Source: an uncultured bacterium
GTDB taxonomy: Bacteria; Hydrothermota; UBA3072
Direction of reading: 5' to 3'
Assembly: GCA_964594255.1 (NCBI GenBank)
Contig: CAZQNI010000001.1
Location: 1-26,264, forward strand
Length of the DNA: 26,264 nt
In this document: in pieces, positions 16,617 through 23,871 of the stretch
How positions within the stretch are numbered: the stretch's first letter is position 1
Layout of the letters: every line of letters starts with the position of its first letter
Made by a program: the position numbers and the translations under genes
The notes under the pieces: generated by a model
Database searches by the model: none
Told to the model about the DNA's origin: nothing
Seen by the model: the letters and a program-made list of their open reading frames with translations, nothing else

Positions 16617-17744
16617 TCAATCTACAATTTTGTATTTATCTCTTATAATTTTAGCGTTCGGCGGATTATACTGGATTCTTATTGTTTTCGTATTTCTCTC
16701 GAACCGGACAAGACTTGTTGTTTTTCTGCTTCTCTGCATTTTTATCATCGAAGAGTGCACCTTTGGAGATAAATTTTTATCCATCTTATTATCTTTTCTT
16801 ACATAGATTTTCCTGATAGATTTCTTCCAACCCAGACCCAAAAAATGAAAAACAAATTCTTCATTTTTTCCGATTGTCGTATAACTCTTTAACAAATCCT
16901 TCTTGAACTTAATTTTGGTCTTATATTTCTTTGAATGCTCTATAAGCTTATCCACCATAAATTGAAGAGAAATTTTGCCCAAGGCATCTTCCTTATAACT
17001 TCCGCCAACATCCGAATGTACCCCGGGAAACCAGACTTCTTCAACTATACCAGGCTTATAATTCATCAATGTGGGTATGTAGGCATTTCTTGTCTCATCC
17101 AGACAAACGCAATGCACAGCTTTTTTAACGTGCTTTCTAACACGCATGTTCTTAAAAAGATTCAACCTTTGTAAGGGCAACCCCAGAATATTTACAGGGA
17201 TACCAAAAGCCCCCACAGTATCCCATACACCAAGGAATTCGACATCAACGTCCTGCCTTTTACCGCTTGAAATATAACGCACGAATCTGTCTTCGATGTT
17301 TCTTGTTGCTCTATTGGCAAAAGGTTTCCATGTTACTTTAATATTTTCCGGAATACCTTCTTCGTAAAGCTGATTCGCGAGTATTCTGGCACTCGCTGCT
17401 CCTCTACTGAATCCAAAAATGTGAATTCTGTCTCCCTTATGATATTCTCTTACAACCGTCGCATAGGCTTCATCTCTAATTCTTTTTTCATCTCTTCCTG
17501 TACCTCCGCATATATACCTTCCAAAAAATCCGTAATCATCATCATTTCCAATGCCTCTAAAATATCTTGAAATTTGTTTCGGAGAATCTTCCTTCAAAGA
17601 TTTGTAGAGTTTAACAACATTAGTGACAAGTCCGCTACACTGTTTTCCGTTTTCATCATTCCATGTCCCATCCATAAATATGAAAACATTCCTTTCCCTG
17701 GTCTTGGCATCGAAATCTTTCTTGTATTCTTTTTCTATCCTCAC
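16617..17744 (-). CDS. DUF2235 (Tle1-like alpha/beta hydrolase, putative phospholipase)
   Basis: IFMDGTWND, TNVVKLY, YFRGIG, IFGFSRGAASAR (GxSxG), FLGVWDTVG, HCVCLDETR, EEVWFPGVHSDVGG. SD AAGGAGG before GTG. Confidence 0.9.
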   Translation of the reverse strand: MRIEKEYKKDFDAKTRERNVFIFMDGTWNDENGKQCSGLVTNVVKLYKSLKEDSPKQISRYFRGIGNDDDYGFFGRYICGGTGRDEKRIRDEAYATVVREYHKGDRIHIFGFSRGAASARILANQLYEEGIPENIKVTWKPFANRATRNIEDRFVRYISSGKRQDVDVEFLGVWDTVGAFGIPVNILGLPLQRLNLFKNMRVRKHVKKAVHCVCLDETRNAYIPTLMNYKPGIVEEVWFPGVHSDVGGSYKEDALGKISLQFMVDKLIEHSKKYKTKIKFKKDLLKSYTTIGKNEEFVFHFLGLGWKKSIRKIYVRKDNKMDKNLSPKVHSSMIKMQRSRKTTSLVRFERNTKTIRIQYNPPNAKIIRDKYKIVD

Positions 17745-17784
17745 TTTCTATCCCCTCCTTTACTTAATATTTACTTTATAATGT

Positions 17785-18264
17785 TTAATCTTCCTCATCC
17801 CAGTAATGATGTGGTTGCCCTTTGTTTATCCATTCCTCAAGACCCATAGCTTTGATCTCTTTTAAATTTTTTAGCATGGCTTCATAATGAAGCCCCTCCA
17901 TAATTGATTTAAGTTTTTCACAAACTTCAAAATCGCCACACTCATAACATGCAAAAAAACCCTTACTTCTACAGCATTTTCTAACTTCACAGGCTACATT
18001 ATCGTCCTTCCTTTCCCTGCAAACCATCGGACACCTTAAACTTGCCATAAAAACTATTCTATCAAAAATTTTATCATAGTCTTTAAGTTGATCGGTAAGA
18101 ATACATTTGGCCGATTTCTCGAATTTATATTTCTCCAGCACTGCTTTAAAATCCTCTGCGGCATCGGCAATCACACCAGTATGACCCAGACAATCACCGC
18201 AATAAAAACCACAGTATGCAAGTGATTCTTTTCTTATCTTATCTACCTTACCACATTTAGCCAT
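17785..18264 (-). CDS. DUF3795 Cys-rich protein
   Basis: AYCGFYCGDC...C...CEVRKCC..KG...C.ECGDF..C pattern. Confidence 0.85.
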   Translation of the reverse strand: MAKCGKVDKIRKESLAYCGFYCGDCLGHTGVIADAAEDFKAVLEKYKFEKSAKCILTDQLKDYDKIFDRIVFMASLRCPMVCRERKDDNVACEVRKCCRSKGFFACYECGDFEVCEKLKSIMEGLHYEAMLKNLKEIKAMGLEEWINKGQPHHYWDEED

Positions 18265-18278
18265 TGAATTTTAAACTC

Positions 18279-19055
18279 CTACTTCTTAATTTTATTCATA
18301 ATATTCATAAATCTTGTATTGCTTATCGGGTGGTCTGCAATAACTTTTCCGTCATATATAATACAGAATGTTCCGAATGGACGTGGAGCCTCCTGCGCTT
18401 CTTTATAATTTTTAAGTTTTACTAAATTCGGTTTTATACCGTATGTGTTTTGGGAAGTCTCTACTATTTCTTTGACATTTTTTACAGAATAAGGACACTG
18501 ATCTGCTCTAATTATAGTTAAACCCTTACCGTACAAATTCAGTTTTTCCTCCCGGTTACTCTTGAAATGCGGCGTTGGTGCTTTTTTATTGATTTTTTTC
18601 ACAAGTAACTCAAAATCAGGTAGTGATTTATCCACAATTTCAAATGAATTTTTCAAAAAGAATTCATTTCCAACCATAAATGGACCCTTACGGGTCACAA
18701 CAGCTACTCCATACATATTTTCACTTTTAGCATCCCTAAAACATTCCTCCAATAACATTGTAGCGTATCCTTTATTCTTATAAGCCTTTTTAAACCCTAC
18801 AAAAACACAATGGATAAACATATAGCCGGCTGCCTCGACCGGTCTCCAGCAATATTCTCCGGGTATGTATTCAATCATTCCCTGGTTTTTATCTTTATCC
18901 GAATACAAAGTTTTTATTTTCAGACCTTCGGCAAAACGTTTTTTCAACCATCCAACTTTTTCCGGGAATCCCGGGGTATTAATGTTTTTATAACCACAAA
19001 CTCCGATCCTAAGAATATTGTCTGAATTCGTATCAATGACTTTTATTTCTTCCAT
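18279..19055 (-). CDS. GNAT-family N-acetyltransferase with a C-terminal YoaP domain
   Basis: K..WLKKRF.EGL, GMIEYIPGEY.WRPV.A.GYMFIHC.FV....KNKGYA..LL..C, and the C-terminal QCPY...V...A...P.PFGTFCIIYDGK typical of YoaP fusions. Confidence 0.88.
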   Translation of the reverse strand: MEEIKVIDTNSDNILRIGVCGYKNINTPGFPEKVGWLKKRFAEGLKIKTLYSDKDKNQGMIEYIPGEYCWRPVEAAGYMFIHCVFVGFKKAYKNKGYATMLLEECFRDAKSENMYGVAVVTRKGPFMVGNEFFLKNSFEIVDKSLPDFELLVKKINKKAPTPHFKSNREEKLNLYGKGLTIIRADQCPYSVKNVKEIVETSQNTYGIKPNLVKLKNYKEAQEAPRPFGTFCIIYDGKVIADHPISNTRFMNIMNKIKK

Positions 19056-19093
19056 TTGAATTTCCCCTTTTCATGTTCTAAGTTTATTTTTTT

Positions 19094-19122
19094 ATTCTAA
19101 GCAATAATCAAAGTCATGTCAA
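19094..19122 (-). promoter_or_regulatory. Sigma70-type promoter for the minus-strand accessory cluster
   Basis: TTGACA (19122-19117), 17-bp spacer, TAGAAT (19099-19094). Confidence 0.7.
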
Positions 19123-19176
19123 GTCACAGAAATTACCTTTTAAAAGCACATAAATTAAGAATAGGTGTTGTGTGGT

Positions 19177-19206
19177 TTTGTACTCTTTGTGTTCTTTGTG
19201 GTTCAA
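19177..19206 (-). repeat. Stand-alone 9-bp tandem repeat arm
   Basis: tttgtactc-tttgtgttc-tttgtggtt-caa; nearly identical to 6263-6290 and 23917-23946. Confidence 0.85.
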
Positions 19207-19237
19207 AAAAATGCTTGCACACAAATAAGAAAATGTG

Positions 19238-19265
19238 TTGACAATATTTAATCATAAATTATAAT
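19238..19265 (+). promoter_or_regulatory. Sigma70 promoter of folB-folK-dNK-panC, probably giving a leaderless mRNA
   Basis: TTGACA, 16-bp spacer, TATAAT; ATG starts 7 nt after the -10 with no SD. Confidence 0.8.
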
Positions 19266-19272
19266 CAAATAA

Positions 19273-19617
19273 ATGAAAAGCATAGGACTTACAGGTGTAA
19301 TTGTAAATAAAGTTTGCGGATTCGGTAAAGAAAGAGAGCGGCCTCAAAAAATAGGCGTCGATGTTTATCTCGAAACTGATTTCAAAAATGTTGCAGAAGA
19401 AGATGACCCATCGTTCGGAATTGATTTTAGAACTATTTATACCTTAATAAGGACAGGTTTAGAAGGGGAAATTTACACTCTTGAAAAGGCGGCACTTTCA
19501 ATCTGGGAACAAATGAAAAGTCTTGATAATGTCGGGAAAGTCAAAATCACGGTTAAAAAAATCAATCCTCCTTTTCAAGATAAAGTAAAAGATTCCTGGG
19601 TCACAATAGAAGAATAA
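19273..19617 (+). CDS. folB: Dihydroneopterin aldolase family protein (divergent)
   Basis: G..ERE..Q.I.VDV.L..D......DD....IDF..IY, LEK.A..I, V.ITVKKINPP; sits directly upstream of folK. Confidence 0.85.
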   Translation: MKSIGLTGVIVNKVCGFGKERERPQKIGVDVYLETDFKNVAEEDDPSFGIDFRTIYTLIRTGLEGEIYTLEKAALSIWEQMKSLDNVGKVKITVKKINPPFQDKVKDSWVTIEE

Positions 19618-19621
19618 TGAA

Positions 19622-20119
19622 ATGACAAAAGCATATCTTTCTCTTGGCTCAAACATAGGTGATAAGGAAACAAATCTACTGAAAACGTTCATACAGATTT
19701 CAAAACTGGGAGAAGTGAAAGGATCACATTTATACAGAACAGAACCCTGGGGTAGGGACGACATACCGGAATTTTTAAATGCATGCGTATACATAAAGAC
19801 TGGGTTGAACATAAAAAACCTCTTTCATGCCTTGCGTTCTATTGAAGACAAAATGGGAAGAAAAAGAAAAGAAAAATGGGGGGCTAGAATTATCGACATT
19901 GACATATTGCTCTCGGAGCAATTAATATTCGTAAGCCCCGAGCTAAACGTTCCCCACCCTTACCTTCAGATACGAAACTTTTACCTTAAACCACTTTCCG
20001 AAATAACAAAAGAAGAGATAGAACCGGTTAGTGGAGAAAAAATTAAAACTCTGCTGGAAAATTGTCCAGATAAAAAAAGAGTATGGAAAACTGGGAATAT
20101 ATTGCAATTGAAGGCGTAA
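19622..20119 (+). CDS. folK: 2-amino-4-hydroxy-6-hydroxymethyldihydropteridine diphosphokinase
   Basis: AYLSLGSNIGD, S.LY.TEPWG, FLNAC, IE..MGR.R..KWG.RIIDIDIL, L.VPHP....RNF.L.PL.EI. Confidence 0.96.
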   Translation: MTKAYLSLGSNIGDKETNLLKTFIQISKLGEVKGSHLYRTEPWGRDDIPEFLNACVYIKTGLNIKNLFHALRSIEDKMGRKRKEKWGARIIDIDILLSEQLIFVSPELNVPHPYLQIRNFYLKPLSEITKEEIEPVSGEKIKTLLENCPDKKRVWKTGNILQLKA

Positions 20120-20718
20120 TAGGTGTAGGAAAGACAACTCTGGCAAAGTTCCTTTCTCAAGAGTACAATGCAAAGGCATTACTCGAAGACATTGATGGAA
20201 ATCCCTTCCTTCCTCAATTTTACGAGGATCCGGAAAGATACGCTTTCCCGACTCAAATTTTTTTTCTTCTTTCCCGGTACAACGAACTTAGAAATCTAAC
20301 GAATAGAGAGCTTTTTACCAGAAAGATCATTTCCGATTATACTTTTGATAAGGACAGGATATTCGCATTTATAAATCTTGAGAAGAGAGAGAAAAGTCTA
20401 TATGAGAAAATTTACAATCTTCTTGATAAAGATATTATAAAACCGAATCTTGTAATCTATCTTCAGGCAAGCCTTGATACTTTAATGGAAAGAATAAAGG
20501 GTAGAGGAAGAAGTTACGAAAGGAGAATAAAAGAAGATTATATAAAAATCCTTATTAGTTCGTACAACGAGTATTTTTTTCATTTCCAAAAAAGCCCGGT
20601 ATTGATTTTAAATTCCAATGAATTTGATTTCTTAAGTGAGCCCTCTCACCTTAAGCTATTGAAAAAAGAAATTGCCTCGATAAAGACCGGAACACACTAT
20701 TTATCTGTCGCTCAATGA
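20083..20718 (+). CDS. Deoxynucleoside kinase (dAK/dGK family)
   Basis: IAIEGVIGVGKTT P-loop, NPFLPQFY, F.TQIFFLLSRY, SDY.F.KD.IFA, PNLVIYLQA, RIK.RGRSYE. Confidence 0.93.
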   Translation: MENWEYIAIEGVIGVGKTTLAKFLSQEYNAKALLEDIDGNPFLPQFYEDPERYAFPTQIFFLLSRYNELRNLTNRELFTRKIISDYTFDKDRIFAFINLEKREKSLYEKIYNLLDKDIIKPNLVIYLQASLDTLMERIKGRGRSYERRIKEDYIKILISSYNEYFFHFQKSPVLILNSNEFDFLSEPSHLKLLKKEIASIKTGTHYLSVAQ

Positions 20719-21575
20719 AAATTTTCAGAACAATAAAAGAACAACAAAATTATTCTTTAAACGAGAAATACCGGAACGTTAAAATAGCTTTAGTGCCCAC
20801 AATGGGATTTCTACACGGAGGTCATTTAAGCCTTATAGATAAGGCAAAAGAAAATGCGGATCAAATAATCGTATCCATTTTCGTTAATCCCACTCAATTT
20901 GGAGAAGGAGAGGATTATAAAGAATATCCAAGAGACGAAAGAAAAGATTTGGAACTCCTTAGAGAAAAAAATGTTGATGCAGTTTTTATACCCGAAACAG
21001 CCGAAATGTACCCGGAGGGTTTTAAAACTTTTTGTGAAGTCCGTGAACTTTCGAAGAAATACTGCGGAAAAAGCAGACCAGCTCATTTTCGGGGAGTGGC
21101 TACTGTGGTCTTAAAATTATTAAATATAACAAAACCGGATATCGCCGTTTTCGGAGAAAAAGATTATCAACAATACATCATAATAAAAACAATGACTGAA
21201 GATCTGAATTTGCCGATAGAAATTATTCCGTCCCCAATTATAAGAGAAAAAGATGGTCTGGCTGTTAGCTCAAGAAATATTTACCTGGCAAAGGAAGAAA
21301 GAAATGAAGCCACTATTATATATGAATCTCTAATTATGGCAAAAAAAATGGTTGATAAAGGTAAATACAGAGTAAATTTATTAAGGGAAAAAATGAATGA
21401 ATTGATAAAACCGAAAAGTCATGTACATATAGACTACATTGAATTTGTTAATCCCCAGACTCTGAAAAAAGTTGAAAAAGTAGAAAACCCAACTAGAATT
21501 TTAATCGCGGTATGGATAGGTAAGGCGAGATTAATAGATAATATGGAAGTAAGACCGAAGCGGCAAAGCCGCTAA
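20715..21575 (+). CDS. panC: Pantoate--beta-alanine ligase
   Basis: LVPTMGFLHGGHLSL, VSIFVNPTQFG..EDY..YPR, SRPAHFRGVATVV.KL, FGEKDYQQ, REKDGLA.SSRN.YL, RLIDN. ATGA overlap with the kinase gene. Confidence 0.97.
   Translation: MKIFRTIKEQQNYSLNEKYRNVKIALVPTMGFLHGGHLSLIDKAKENADQIIVSIFVNPTQFGEGEDYKEYPRDERKDLELLREKNVDAVFIPETAEMYPEGFKTFCEVRELSKKYCGKSRPAHFRGVATVVLKLLNITKPDIAVFGEKDYQQYIIIKTMTEDLNLPIEIIPSPIIREKDGLAVSSRNIYLAKEERNEATIIYESLIMAKKMVDKGKYRVNLLREKMNELIKPKSHVHIDYIEFVNPQTLKKVEKVENPTRILIAVWIGKARLIDNMEVRPKRQSR
21559..21573. repeat. Mini-hairpin AGCGGC-AAA-GCCGCT capping E5 (overlaps the last panC codons)
   Basis: Perfect 6-bp stem. Counterpart of 40-54 in the same position relative to arm B. 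Confidence 0.75.
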
Positions 21576-21800
21576 AATGTAAAAATTAAATATCAAAATG
21601 GAAAATGGATTTAAAAAAGAAAAAGATTAACCACAGAGGACACAGAGAAATAATTGTGTTAAAAAAGAAAAAACCACTGAGAACACAGAGAAAAAAAGAA
21701 AATAAAAACTCTGTGATCTCTGTGTTAAAGAAATCCTGGGTGAAAAGGTGGGCTCTGTGTTTTTTATTGATTTTGCTTTTTGATTTTTAATATTTAATTT
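21574..21800 (-). repeat. Intergenic heptamer-arm element E5 with nested 9-bp inverted repeats
   Basis: Outer arms 21574-21608 (B type) and 21767-21800 (A type). Inside are aaccacagaggacacagag (21629-21647), aaccactgagaacacagag (21672-21690) and the inverted ctctgtgatctctgtgtt (21709-21726). Confidence 0.88.
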
Positions 21801-21805
21801 ACTAT

Positions 21806-22867
21806 ATGGCTACTTTAGAGAAAAAGATTCATAGAGGATTAAAAATATTTATAGCTCTCGTCATTCTAACAATGTTAGCCCTGCTGATCTTCGCAGATCC
21901 TGATCCGGGAAAAAAATTCAGTTTCCACATTATTCAAAAAATCACATACGCTTTCAAGAGAATGAATCCACTCTATTTTGTTTTTGCTTTGATTTTTTGG
22001 GTTGTTTACACTGCCCTTGACGCTTTCAGGGTTTTGCTTTTATGTGAGGGTGTAACCGGAAAATGGGTCAGCATGAAAACCTGTTTTGAGGTTATTTTGA
22101 CCGGGGCATTCCTTGCCGCGGTAACTCCTTTTCAAACAGGCGGACTCCCTGTACAATTATATCTACTAAAAAGGGATGGGGTTTCATACGGAAAAGGTAC
22201 CCTTATTATTCTGCTTAGAGCTATTTTTTTTTCAATAATGATGCTTATACTTCTACCTTTTCTTTTTCCTATTCTTACAAATGAATATGAAGCGACTTCC
22301 ATAAAAATATTGTCAAAATACAGTCTTATTGTTTATCCTATTATAGTATTAATTATAACGTTCGCACTTATTAAACCTGATATTATCAAACGTTTTATGT
22401 ACAAATTAACATTAATAAAAAGGAAAAGAAATAAAGCGACAAGGATAGTTTTTAAGATTTTCAGAGAATTACAGGAGATGAAGGATGGATTTTGGTATTT
22501 TGTAAAAAACAGAAAAACACTTTCTGTGATAAGCTTTTTTATGACGTTTCTAACCTATATTCCATTTTTCTTTATTGCTCCTTTACTTCTTAAAGGATTA
22601 GGGCTAGACGTATCATTCGTAAAAATAGCTTTTCTGCAGGTAGTAGTAATCTTATTTACTTTCTTCTCTCCTACACCCGGAGCCACAGGTGTATGTGAAG
22701 GGGTTTTTGCCATAATGTTCAAGGGGATAGTCAAAAGAAGCTTACTGGGCGTATTTACAATATTGTGGAGGTTTTTCACCTTTTATCTTTCTGCTATTGT
22801 GGGTGGAATTATGACTTTGGATGTCTTAAAATTGGGGGACGTAGAAATTGACGAAGAAGGAATTTAG
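21806..22867 (+). CDS. UPF0104 / lysylphosphatidylglycerol-synthase TM (flippase-like) membrane protein, paralog 1
   Basis: Multiple TMs; F.AAVTPFQTGGLPVQLY.L...G, FSPTPGATG..EG.F..MF, ILWRFFTFYL..IVG motifs. Confidence 0.88.
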   Translation: MATLEKKIHRGLKIFIALVILTMLALLIFADPDPGKKFSFHIIQKITYAFKRMNPLYFVFALIFWVVYTALDAFRVLLLCEGVTGKWVSMKTCFEVILTGAFLAAVTPFQTGGLPVQLYLLKRDGVSYGKGTLIILLRAIFFSIMMLILLPFLFPILTNEYEATSIKILSKYSLIVYPIIVLIITFALIKPDIIKRFMYKLTLIKRKRNKATRIVFKIFRELQEMKDGFWYFVKNRKTLSVISFFMTFLTYIPFFFIAPLLLKGLGLDVSFVKIAFLQVVVILFTFFSPTPGATGVCEGVFAIMFKGIVKRSLLGVFTILWRFFTFYLSAIVGGIMTLDVLKLGDVEIDEEGI

Positions 22868-23807
22868 CAAAAAGAATCTGTGGAGAGGAATCAGGTTATT
22901 TCTTTTCTTGTCTATTGCAGCTGCAGCAATAATACTATTTTTAACAGTAAGCGAAGAAACAATAGAACAGTTAAAACTAATATCTCCTTTATTTCTAATT
23001 TTAACTTTTCTTTCTACGTCTCTCAGATTCATATTTGATATATGGAGACTCAGATACATTACAGGAGCTCTGGGAAAAGAGATGACATGGAAAGGAGCTT
23101 TTTATTTTACGATGGGAGGATTGTCTTTCGGGGCAATTACCCCTATGCAGGTTGGAGGAATACCTTTTCAGCTTTATGTATGCTGGAAAGAAAAAATATC
23201 ACTTCCTGAAGGAACTGCTGCTGTATTTAGCCGCGGACTTCTTTCCGCGCTCGTTCTTCCATTTCTAATACCTTTTATTTACTATTATAGACAGTACATG
23301 ACTTCTGGAATAATGAATGCGATTGTTAAGTACTTAATAATATTTTATGGAATGTTTGCTTTAGTTTTTGTTTTCTTATTAACTCAAACTTCCTGGTTAA
23401 AACGTAAATTTGGCAATAAAGTAAAGGGTATTGTAACTTTTAAAGAAGTTTTTACCAATCAATTTATGAAAAGAAAAAAAATCTTCCTTAAAGCATATAT
23501 TACCACTTTCTTCTCTTTGAGTTTCTACTTCCTGACAGCTCCTCTTTTAATCAAAGGGTTGGGAATCAAAGCGCCCTTTTTTGAGGCTACTATTCTACAG
23601 ATAATAATGACATACGCCGTAAATTTTCTGCCTACACCAGCAGCAAGCGGTCTTGCAGAGGTAGGCGCAATGGGAGTATTTAGTCACTTGATGCCGAAAT
23701 CTATCTTGGGTGTTTATGTAATTTTGTGGAGATTTTTTACCACCTATCTGGGAATATTTGTAGGGATGCTCGCCATTTCTAAGTTTATTACGGAAAAACG
23801 GAAATAA
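22848..23807 (+). CDS. UPF0104 / lysylphosphatidylglycerol-synthase TM (flippase-like) membrane protein, paralog 2
   Basis: Same motifs (GAITPMQVGGIPFQLY, FLPTPAASGLAE, ILWRFFTTYL..FVG). TTG start overlaps paralog 1 by 20 nt. Confidence 0.86.
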   Translation: MTKKEFSKKNLWRGIRLFLFLSIAAAAIILFLTVSEETIEQLKLISPLFLILTFLSTSLRFIFDIWRLRYITGALGKEMTWKGAFYFTMGGLSFGAITPMQVGGIPFQLYVCWKEKISLPEGTAAVFSRGLLSALVLPFLIPFIYYYRQYMTSGIMNAIVKYLIIFYGMFALVFVFLLTQTSWLKRKFGNKVKGIVTFKEVFTNQFMKRKKIFLKAYITTFFSLSFYFLTAPLLIKGLGIKAPFFEATILQIIMTYAVNFLPTPAASGLAEVGAMGVFSHLMPKSILGVYVILWRFFTTYLGIFVGMLAISKFITEKRK

Positions 23808-23831
23808 ATAAATAAATCTAAGTGTTATAAT

Positions 23832-23863
23832 GTTAGAAAGTTAGGAGGTTGGGAGGTGAAAAG
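23832..23863 (+). repeat. 8-bp-period degenerate tandem repeat
   Basis: gttagaaa-gttaggag-gttgggag-gtgaaaag. Confidence 0.6.
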
Positions 23864-23871
23864 TAAAAAAA

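Noticed and set aside
19273-21575. folB-folK-dNK-panC cluster as a novel operon
   Set aside because: This arrangement is familiar in many bacteria. The absence of panB here is unremarkable without the rest of the genome.
21605-21790. 61-aa ORF inside E5
   Set aside because: It is a translation of the A-tract and nonamer repeats (poly-Lys, HRGHRE/LRTQR), has no SD and lies wholly within the repeat element.
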